From: Anolis carolinensis
Lineage: Eukaryota
DNA: 64,000 nt
Direction: 5' to 3'
Assembly: GCF_035594765.1 (NCBI RefSeq)
Contig: NW_026943824.1
Span: 8,016,317 to 8,080,316 of the forward strand
Of this stretch, positions 53,419-64,000 are shown piece after piece. The position numbers were made by a program, and so were the translations under genes. Positions within the stretch are counted from its first letter, which is position 1, and each line of letters starts with the position of its first letter. A model generated the notes under the pieces. That model was not told the DNA's origin. It was given only the letters and a program-made list of their open reading frames with translations, and searched no databases.

Positions 53419-56400
53419 ATGGAGGGGCTGTGGGCCGCGTTGGAGGAGGTTGCGCTTGAGGGGCTGGAGGGCATCTCGTTGGGAGGCCTCTGGGAGCGCC
53501 TGGCCGCTCGCGTGCCGCCCTTCCCGCTCTCGCCCCTCGGGGCCCAGGTCCGGGCGCTGCTCTGGTCCTCGCTGGCCGTCCACGCCGAGGTCCGCTTCGC
53601 CCTCCTTCCCAGGCCTCGCTCCCCGCTGCACCTCTACGACCGGTGAGCCTCGGGGCCTGCCTCTCAGGCCCCTTCCTTTTCCCCCTCAGCCGCTTAAGCG
53701 GCTGAGGGGGAAAAGGAAAGGGCCTGAGGCTGTGAGGAATTCTGGGAGTTGAAGTCCAAAACACCTGGAGGGTCCAAGTTTGCCCATGCCTGTTATAATG
53801 CACAGCATGAAGCCACTAATATAAGATTGAGGTGGAAAACCCTTTCTCTTCCCGCTCTGGATATGAGCTCAATTTTAAAATGAACTGTCCAAGGTGCTGC
53901 ATCCCATCCCAAATACAGGCTTGGCACCTTATGATAGCTTTAATGTTAGGACTGAAGCCCTGAATGGATTCGCAGTCACATTGACTTGCAAGCCATCAAG
54001 CCAACCTATTGAATGAATGAGAAACTATCACATACCCCTGTAATGTTTGTTTACTTGAAAAGGATCTGCGTGGCTTATAGTTTAGTTACTTCCAGTTTCT
54101 TTAAAAAAATATTATAGGGATGACAAATATAGGGGATTCCTTTCAATATTATCTGAAATCTGGACTACGCATCTGTATATCTTTATTGTGAAACAAATAG
54201 AGTCTCACTTATCCAAGCTAAACAGGACGGCAGAAGCTTGGATAAGCGAATATCTTGGCTAATAAGGAGGGATTAAGGAAAAGCCTATTAAACATCAAAT
54301 TAGGTCATGATTTTACAAATTAAGCATCAAAACATCATGTTACACAACAAATTTGACAGAAAAAGTAGTTCAATACGCAGTAATGTTATGTTGTAATTAC
54401 TATATTTATGAATTTAGCACCAAAATATCATGATATATTGAAAACATTGACTACAAAAATGGCTTGGATAATCCAGAAGCTTGGATAAGCGAGGCTTGGA
54501 TAAGTGAGACTCTACTGTACCATTGAATTTGAAAACACCTGAAGGGAGGGTCTAAGTCGGCCCATGCCTGACCTGGGTAGATACAGGCAGTCCCCATTCT
54601 TAAAGTGAATTGGAGTGGCTTGCAGGTGAACACATCAACACCAAATACAGTAGAGTCTCACTTATCCAAGACTCGCTTATCCAAGCTTCTGGATTATCCA
54701 AGCCATTTTTGTATACTGCCTCATGCACTTCCCCAAATCTCAGTCACATCCTCATGATTTTTAGTGAGAACACTGGGCAACGGTAAGGGTAAATCATCCT
54801 TCCATCCCAGTGTTTTAGTCCCATCCTCTTCACAAAACCACTAAAGCCCAAATAAACCAGGCACAGGGGTATGAATACAATGTTTTCAATATATTATATT
54901 TTGGTGCTAAATTCGTAAATACAGCAATTACAGCATAACATTACTGCATATTGAACTACCTTTTCTGTCAAATTTGTTGCAAAACACAATGTTTTGGTGC
55001 TTAATTTGTAAAATCATAACCTAATTTGATGTTTAATAGGCTTTTCCTTAATCCCTCCTTATTATCCAAGATATTCGTTTATCCAAGGTTCTGCCAGCCC
55101 GTTTAGCTCGGATAAGTGAGACTCTACTGTACACACAATCAAATACATAGATAAAATGTCCCACCATATCAAAAGCTTGCACCAAATGCAGATGTGGAGT
55201 GGACAGGTAGTAGCAATAGAACATCAGTCAAATCTCATGATTGATAGCTGACTGGGATGGCCTCAATGTACAGATTAAAACACTGCTATTAGCTCTCTAT
55301 TGTATTTTTGAAACCCAGGGAGGCTGAGAGAAGTCCACTCTGTTCTCCTGGATTCAGGTATGAAGAAATTGACCCCAAGACGGGGATCCTGATAAGCAAG
55401 GGGGATCCTGTCCCCTTCGAGGATATCTATCCTGTCCACATGGTCTTGGACCACAGCGAAGGCATCCAGGGCTCCTGCCGCTACTTCCACGAGAGGGTGG
55501 ACATTACAGAGCAGGTTCGGACCAGCGACATGCGGCCCTGCTGCACCTACGAGGAGGCCCAAGAGAAGTGAGTGGGGCACCTTGGGGCCTTGGCCTTTTG
55601 TTACTTGCAGTGTGACTGTGATGAAGCCCCTGAGCCCAGGTTGGCACTGACTGTCACTTTGTGGCCCTTTAGGTGGGGAGAGCGGCTGGTGCTGGTGGCC
55701 TCCCAGGCGCTGCGGCACCGGACCCTGATTGGATGGGAGGGCGACCCAGACCTCAAGCTTCCTGACTTCTCCTACTGCATCCTGGAGCGCCTCGGAAGAG
55801 CGCGATGGCAGGGGGAGCTCCAGAGGGACCTCAGCACCTCCTTCAAGTAAGAAATCAGGGTCAGCAGATGGCTTCTTGCTCCATGTATCGTCAGGCAGAA
55901 GGACATATAATAATAATAATAATAATAGATTTCGTATAAGCCATTTTGTATTAGATCAATGAAGAAGACAATAACAAAAGTTGTTTATAATATCCCTACT
56001 TTATATCCACTCTTTTATTTTTCCCCACTCCTCATGTTGTATTAATAAAATTATAGTTTTGATCTTTTTTTTGGGTAAGCCTTGATTGGCTCCCAGTTTG
56101 ATGCCAGAGATGCAGGTACCAAAAGCATTCATTAATGGCATGCATAAGTTTCTTGACGGAGCTGCTCTGGTTTTTACATTTTCAAGGCCGGCTTTTTAAG
56201 TCTACTAAGATGGAGGCTGTCCATATGTCTTCACAGGGTGGATGCTGGGAAGCTGCACTACCACCGGAAGGTACTGGACCGGAACGGGCTTATCTCCATG
56301 CAGTCCCACGTGATCCGGTTGCCGTCGGGGGGCCAGCAGTACTCCATCCTTTTGTTCCTGACCCGCTTCCATGTTGACAGGTATCTGCCCACATCAGGGA

Positions 56401-59400
56401 AGGTAGGAACTGGGCCCTTCCCTTCTTCAGTGATTCCTCACAATACCCTTGGGTTTTAGGAGAACCAAATACGATATCCTGATGGAGAAGCTCTCCAGTA
56501 TGCTAAGCAGCCGGCCAAGTCGGATGGAAACGCTGGGAAACATCAAGGAGGAGCTGGTGAGTAGTTGGTCTCTCTCTGGTTTTCTCTCCATTGTCTTGGC
56601 ATTTTGTGCCACTCCGGACTCTGGAAGAAGTGTCTATTTCCCTGTGAGGGACAGGGCTGCTTCACCAGGGCCTCAGGAGGGAACACTGGAGGGCGGTCTT
56701 CACAGCAGGAGGCCCAAAAGCTGGCCACGGCCTTAGTTGTTGGAGACCAAAAGAATAGCCTTGCCTCTTTCTCTCATCACAGGGTCTTGCTGAGAAAACC
56801 TGTAAGCGCCTCTCCCAGTACATGCTGAATGCTGGCTTGGGCAAGATCGTGTCTGTCCCCTTACAGGATGTCTGCCCAAGTAGAGGCCCCTTCAAGACAA
56901 AGAAGGGTAAGAAAGTCCTGTATGAGTGTGTGCATTTTCACAGTGCCATTTTTATTCATTACTGGAACTGTCTGAGCTGCGAATTTGCTCTCAGGAACCG
57001 ACGTCGTGGTCCGCTGCCTGAAGCTGGTGAAGGAGTTTCGGAAGAAGGTGGACGATTACCACGATGAGGAGGATGAAGAGCTGATCAATAAAAGTGTGCA
57101 GCCAGTGAACCTTGTGTACGAGAGAGACATGCTGTCACAAGCATACGAACTGAGTAGGTGATGGTCTTGGAGAGTGGGGCTAAGGTAGAGGGCCCTTCCC
57201 AAGGCATGCATGCATGCATTCCCCTGCCCTGCCCACATCTTTCTGGGCTCTATAGGTGAAGCCACCCCCTTTTCGAGTTGCAAGCAACTGGCCTTCCATG
57301 GCTACCTCTCATCCTGAGAATCCAGGCTTCTTCTTCTGCTCCCTTAGTGAACAGTGCAGCTCTTTCAGTTGGTGCTTCACTGTGTCTGGGGCTGAGATTA
57401 TTTTTTTGCTAAGCAGTTAACCTGGGTTTGGGGCACTGTGGGCTTCAGCTTTCTCTATCTTCGTCTCCTCCTCAGTTGAAAGCTGGGGAACCAAAGGCAT
57501 TTCCCAGGCGGAACTTCGAGCGGCCATGAATGTGGGGCGGCTGGAAGCGAGGATGCTGTGCCGCCTCCTGGAGAGATACAAAGTGATCAAGGTAAAGTCT
57601 GTCCTCTGCTCCCACAGCTCTGCTTTGCCCCTGCCTTCCCCATCTTGGGCCTCTTAGCAACAAATGGCTGCCTTGCTCCTTGCTCAGGGATTTATGGAGG
57701 ATGAAGGCAGGCAGCGGACAACCAAGTACATAACCTGCGCGTTTGCGGAGGAGAGCAACCTGAGCCGGCAGTTTGAGCAGGAGAAGGCTCGCAGTGAGCG
57801 GTTGAGCATGGCCAGCGCCTCTGCAGCCCAGGAGGACTCCTTTCTGGGAGGAGAGCTCTCCCCGGTGGAGGAGGAAACACTTGTCTCTGAGGAAGAGGAA
57901 GAGGAAAGAGAAGGCGACAGGACAAAGAGATCTAGCCCTCGAATGAGGCTGAGTTTCAACTCAGGAGAAAGCTTGGACCACTCAATGCAACTGAAAGGTG
58001 CAGTATTGGTTCCGCAAAGAGGAAAGAGGTGAGCGGGGTTGGGAGAAGAGGAAGTATTGCGGGAAGGCTTGAATGGCAACAATCCATCTCTGCTGTGACC
58101 CTAACAATGAACAGAGCCTTGGCCAAAGAGATTTGCAAGGATTTGCAATTTAGTTGGTTGTGTCTTTCTTTTGAAACTTACCTGGAAGTTGCCAGTTTGG
58201 AGGTAGCTGTCTCCTTCAAGTCTCTCTGAGTGTCCTAATGAAATCCCTGCTCACTTGACAGATGCCGATTCTGCTCTGGAGACCCTCGGGCAGGAAGCCT
58301 CTCTTTCAGACAGTGTGCTGGTTGAGGAGGATGTCAGTGCCATCGCTGTGGTGGAGGAAGTCAGACCAGAAACTCCCAAAGTAAGAAAAAGAGCCCAGTC
58401 TGCCTATTCCCTGCTGGTAGCAAGTGTGTGCCTTTTGCAGAGGACATTTGGGGAAGGCAAAACTGAGCAATGACCCCTGAGTTGGAACACATGAAAGTTT
58501 TCCTTCCTGGAGGAGAGCAGCCAATCAGTGATAGCAACAGGACTGTGGCAGAGGGACCTCAAAAGGGGCCTGCCTTGCCTTGTGGCTTTGGTTCAATTTC
58601 CACTTAGCCATAAGAGCCCACTGGGGGACCATGGCAGATCTCACTCTCTCAGTGTCAGAAGGTGTGGGCCAATTTACATCAGATAGATCTTGTCCAGAAC
58701 CCTGAGGAGATGGTCACTATGACTGAAAAGCACATAACACTAAAAAGTGAGGGGTCAGATGGACAGGGCTTTTGTGTTCCTGTGGATATCCACCAGGGAC
58801 TTTCCATCATCTTGCCCAGAGCCTACTCCTTGCTTTGTGAGGGTTCAGTTGCTGTTTCCCACTCTGCTTAACCAGCCTTTTCTGTCCCTTGGCCAGAAGG
58901 GCAGCGATGAGAAGAAAAAAGACAGGCGCTCACGGACCGTGGCGGCAGAGCGGTCGCATGAGACCTATCGCTTGCTGAAGCGGCGGAACCTCATCATAGA
59001 GGCTGTCCGAAACCTTCGCCTTATTGAGAGCTTGTTTGCGTAAGTTGGGGGAGAGTGAAACAGTAGACAGGGTTCTTCCTTCTGACCCATTCTTATCTCT
59101 TGAGAAAGGCAAATTTCTCTGAGGATCAGCATGGCTTGTTGATTTGTTTCCCTGCCAGTGTCTTTGTATCACATCCGCCTTCATCTGCACATAAGGTTTG
59201 CTGGAAATGAGGAGCAGCTTGTACTCAGCAGAATAGCATGAGGAGCCCCCCCCCCCCCCCACTCAATTCCTACTGCCTTCCCTCCTATGATTCTATGATT
59301 CTTTTCTGGCAAGAAATGCTATCACTGCTGAAAAGTTCCTCTGACAGTCTCTCTTCCTTCAGGCTCCAGAAGATGATCATGGAGCAGGAGAAGCAGGAAG

Positions 59401-62400
59401 GAGTCCTGACCCGGTGCTGCAAGAAGTCCATTCTCCGCCTGGTGCAGAAGCTCTCTCAGGAAGGCCTCCTGCGCCTCTACCGCACCACCGTGATCCAGGA
59501 CGGCATCAGCAGAAAGGTACCTGGCTCTTTGTGCAAAGAAAGTGGGTCCACAATTCCCCTGTAATCCAGCCAAAAGCCTGAGGAGCCATGAACTAAGGGG
59601 GCATGCGGGGTGGCCCCAGCATCTTTGTCCCCAGTGGGGCTGCATTCTTCTCACCTGCACCTTGCTTTACAGGTTGAGTTTGTGGTGGACCCCTCCGTGA
59701 ACCCTAGCGATCCCCTGGTGAAAAGTGCCATTGAGCAAGTGCGCTTCCGCATCTCCAACTCGAGTACTGTGAACAGGCAGGTTGTAGAAGGATGGCCCGT
59801 GGGAACAGAAGGTGGCTGCACAGAGTAGGGAGGGGGCTAGAAGAGCAGCCTGGGTGACTGTTGTGAGAAGAAGCTCCCTCTGAAGCAGGGTGGACCAAGG
59901 TGACCACAGGGCACCCTCCTCCTGTTCCCTGGAAGCCCCGGTTTCTTTTCTTGGGGTCTTCATGGGGCCACCTTGTGTTTCCCTCCTCTAACCATCCAAA
60001 GCATGATTGGTGAGGCTTCCTCCCTCCTGGGTTCCATCTTCCACAGAGGACTCCAGGGCTAAGTGGGAAATGGCCTGGCAGGTTGTCAGAGCAGGGAGCC
60101 CCTGGGAAGGGTTGGTCTGGGCCTGCTGGACAAGCCCCTGGAGCTGGAGTCTGATCTGTCTCTCCCTTCCTGGTGGCAGGATTAAACTCCCGCAGACCCC
60201 AACACCTCAGGACTGCCTTGGAGAAGGAAGCCAGGAGACTGGTGCTGGGGACGCCTTGAAGGAGATGGAGGGTCGCTCATCTCCTTGCAAAGCTGGGGAG
60301 AAGGTGCAGGTTGCAAAGTTCAGCTACCACCCTGAGATAGGTACAGTCAGGGCCTTGTCTTGCTATCTTTTGTGGCTGGGTGACAAGGGCCTTTCCTGAA
60401 GCCAGCCTCCACTTTCCTCCAGTGCCAGGCCTGGGTCGCTCCCTCGGCTTCCTGCCCAAAATGCCCCGCTTAAAGATGGTCCATCTCTTCCTGTGGTACC
60501 TGGTTTATGGACATCCCCTGTACCGCCTTCAGAACACGAGCGGCAGCAAAGAGCCCGGCACAAGCACTGGGTCCCCACTGGGGCAGAAGGAGCACCAGGA
60601 GAAAGGCCTGGAAAGATCCCTTGAGGGTCCAGCCCTGGAAGTGGAGGTGGAGCTTGGAGAGCAGGCCGGTAAGGATCCAGCACAGTTTGTGTGTTGTGTG
60701 TGTGGAGGGGCCTGGAATGGGAGAGCCGCCATATGCTCCCTGGATGTCCATTTCAGCAGTTGGGAGCAGCATTGTGAGCTCCCTCGATGCAGCCCCAGAG
60801 CAAGGGATGCATTAGGGGAAACCATGCAGCACATCCACATAGACACAGACAAACACAGCCAGTTGGGACTCTGAGGATACTTCTCCTCCTGGTTTCCTCA
60901 CAGTATATGTGGACAACGCCTCCTGGATGCGCCATGTCCCTCCCCTGCCAATCCACCGGGAGTTTGGCCATGGATGGGCTCTGGTCAGCGACATCCTCCT
61001 CTGTTTGCCACTCTCTCTCTTTGTCCAGATGGTGCAAGTCAGCTACAAGGTGAGGGGTCTTCGCTCAGTGGGACCCTGGCTCTGGAGGAGCCTCTTTGGG
61101 GCTTGCTTCAAGTGGTCCCCCTATTTGTGTCTGTGTTAACGTCTGAGAGTAGCAGGCGAAGATCCTTCTTCCCCAGAGACCCTGCTGGTCAACATTTTGC
61201 CACTGCCACTCTCAGGTTTTCTGCTATTGCAAGTAACTTTGTTATAATTGCTCATTTGCCAATCTTGGTCTCACATGAAAATGTAACACTGTGTAAAAAT
61301 CACTTCTAGGTGGACGGCCTGGAGGATTATTTCAACGACCCTTTGAAAAAACACACATTGATCAGATATCTCCCAAGATCAATCCGACAGAAACTCCTGT
61401 ACAAGAGGTGAATAAATGGCTCATATTGTTTGGGTGGAGTTGAATTTGACAGGAGAAGGAGCCAGAGGGGAGTGCGTAGTGATTGTGGATGCTCTTAAAC
61501 ATAGGCATGTCTTTGCACTTTGTTGTACAACTCACTCTAGGCCACAATATCTCCGTTGTTAGGCTTCCAAGGACTGTTGGATGGAGTGAATTGGTCAGGA
61601 TTTTAAGAACTAAGGATAGATGTTTTACTATGAGAAAAAAAACCCAAACAATGTGGCTGACTCAGGAATGGTTTTGACACCAAGACTTCTTTTTTTGTCC
61701 CTCTCCAGGAGATACATCTTCTGCATTGTGGAATGCCTGCAGCGGCTGTGTTACATGGGGCTGGTACAGTTTGGCCCCACAGAGAAATTTCAAGAAAAGG
61801 ACCAGGTGATTTATTTCTGAGACAACAAGATGCAGGGACCATTGGGGGTCAGACGCTCTGCCTTGAAACCCAGGAAGCAGCCTTGTGCAAGAAGTCACAC
61901 TCTCTCAGCCTTTGGAAGGCACTGGCCATTGATCAGATGTTGCCCTGAAAACCCCATGAGTTTAACTCCAAAGTTTAAGACAGAGGTGGCAGGAATGAAC
62001 ACAGAGGGCTCTGTAAGAGCTGCCAACTGTCCCTGGGGCAGATCCCTGACCTGGGTCTTGTGGGTGCCTTTGCAGGTATTTGTCTACATGAAGAAGAAGG
62101 CCGCCATTGTGGACACCACTGTCTGCGAGCCCCATTACAACTTGGCCCAAAGTAGCCGCCCCTTTGACAGGCGCCTCTACGTCTTGAACTCCCTGCATGA
62201 CGTGGAGAACTTCTGGTTCGACCTGCAGTGCGTCTGCCTCAACACCCCACTAGGTATCTGTCCTGCCTCTGTCCCTCAGCCTCCAGGCTCCACTGCCCTC
62301 TGGGTTCCTGCCAGGTCCACCTGGAGCATCTGCGGCTTTTCTGGTTCCTCTCCTAACCTTCGACGGGGTCCTCCTGCTTCCTTCAGGAATCGTGCGTCAC

Positions 62401-63970
62401 CCGCGGGCCAAGCGGAGCGGGGCCCAAGCCGAGGAGACCAGCACTGTCCTGGATGCAGCTCTGGAGCAAGAGTCGGCTGCTCATAAGCACAACCTGGAGC
62501 GCAAGTGTGCCATGCTGGAGTACTCCACGTGAGTCTCACCTATGGTGCAAACTGGGCTGCTTCTCAGGGATTGAGGGAAACAGGTCTCCTCCCTTCCCCT
62601 CCCCTATAATGGGTTGTGCCCCTCCTTCCAGGTCTTTCAGAGCAGGGGAGTAGGGCTGGCTTCCCATGAGAGAAGTGAAGTCCTGCTGGAGGCTTCTGTT
62701 GTGGGACTAATATGTCCATCCTTCTGAATGGAGCTCCTTCCCTGACTGGTCTTCTCCTTCTGCTTCTCCCAGAGGAAGCCGAGAAGTGCAGGACGATGGG
62801 TCAATCCCTGGAGATGGGCTGGGAGCAGGAGGGCTGGATTCCAGCTTTTACAGCCACTTGAAACGCAATTGGATCTGGACAAGTTACATCATTAACAAGA
62901 CCAAAAAGGTGAGTTCTTCCACCGCACCTTCATAAAGGAATCATTGTTTTTGAAACCCGCTTTCCCCTCCTTCCCTTCCCTTCCCTTCCCTTCCTCCCAC
63001 TAGGCCATGTCCAATGCCTCTTCTGCTTCCTTGCCAGGAGAACGTAATAGCCGAAGTGGGGCACACAGTCCGGCTCCAGACCTTCCTGACCAAACGCTCC
63101 CTGCCACTGGCCGCAAGAGGTGAGAAGGCGCAGTGGGGGCTGGCTGTCCTATGGGCTGTATTCTGTCCCTTTGCAGGAGGCCCAGGCACGGCCCTGCTGT
63201 GCCTCTGGTCTCACCCAGGGCTTTCCCTGTGCCTCTCAGGGGAAAATGGCGCTTCTTGGGGAGCTGCTCTGGCTGGTCCAGACCCTGCCGTGCAGAAGGA
63301 GGACTTGGAAGTCGGAAAGGAGGCAGCCCTGAACCGGAACAAGAGGGTGAGGGGCGGGAAGAGCCAGAAGAGACGACGGCCGAAGAAGGACGTGGTGAAG
63401 AAGGTGAAAAAGAAGAAGAGAAAGAAGGGTGAGGGCCTCCACGGGGGCAACTGTGGGGGCAACACCCATATGACACAGAACTCACACACACAGTGTGTTG
63501 GCAATTCAGTTGGTCGGCTGGAAAGTCATTTTCTCTGTCTCTCTCCATCCCTCTCTCTGTTACTGGTGCTTCCCAAGATGCGGGCTCTGTGGAGAAGAGC
63601 AAGAGGCCGCGCTACCATGATGAAGCAGACCAGAGCGCCTTACAGCGGATGACCCGCCTGAGGGTCACTTGGACCGTCCAGGAGGACAGCCTTCTGATGC
63701 TTTGCCGGATTGCCAGCAATGTCCTCAATGCCAAGGTGAGCCGGGGGGAGGGGGGGCTGCTTTGTGTCTGCAAGCAGAGGATATGTCTCCTTGGCGGCCC
63801 AGAGGCTAACCGGGACTTCCGATGCAGGTGAAGGGACCATTCGTCACGTGGCAGGTGGTCAGGGACATCCTGCATAGCAGCTTCGAGGAATCGTTGGACA
63901 AGACCTCCCATTCTGTGGGGCGCAGGGCTCGCTTCATTGTCAAGAACCCCCAGACCTACCTCAATTACAA
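53419..63970 (+). CDS. GTF3C1: General transcription factor IIIC subunit 1 (TFIIIC220), 5' portion, continuing beyond the window. Exons include 53419-53642, 55358-55567, 55673-55846, 56237-56380, 56460-56556, 56783-56906, 56995-57153, 57476-57591, 59673-59776
   Basis: [115 protein letters not shown], in phase-consistent exons. Confidence 0.96.
54198..54517. mobile_element. Tc1/mariner-type MITE (left TIR slightly clipped)
   Basis: Same family as 39298-39620. Confidence 0.85.
54648..55129. mobile_element. Tc1/mariner-type MITE carrying a ~165-bp internal insertion
   Basis: Same TIRs as the other copies, with extra sequence at about 54714-54877. Confidence 0.8.
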
Positions 63971-64000
63971 GTGAGAGGACTCCCTCCCTTGGGATGCCAC

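Overview
Vertebrate genomic DNA, almost certainly a squamate reptile. The repeat content (Sauria SINEs, Penelope, CR1, L1, Tc1/mariner and palindromic MITEs) fits an Anolis-like lizard. Gene order: 3' part of ADCY9 (+), a single intact alpha-A-type globin (+), GSG1L (+), KATNIP/KIAA0556 (-), and the 5' part of GTF3C1 (+), which shares a bidirectional CpG promoter with KATNIP. GSG1L intron 1 holds an apparently intact, very recent 6.4-kb chromodomain Ty3/Gypsy (Tf1/sushi-like) LTR retrotransposon. KATNIP intron 1 holds a ~3.35-kb array of a ~71-bp MITE-derived unit. The most notable observations are: (1) extra in-phase exons that would extend GSG1L with a Ser/Pro linker, a coiled coil and a BEN-domain-like segment; (2) an orphan alpha-globin outside the NPRL3 cluster with a candidate local GATA/TAL/KLF enhancer; (3) Penelope-type hammerhead ribozyme motifs just downstream of the globin poly(A) signal; (4) a tRNA-independent self-priming structure and a non-canonical -1 frameshift cassette in the retrotransposon; (5) two consecutive U12-type introns in KATNIP. 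Gene identities rest on recalled human/reptile protein sequences and hand-checked splice phases; no database search was run.
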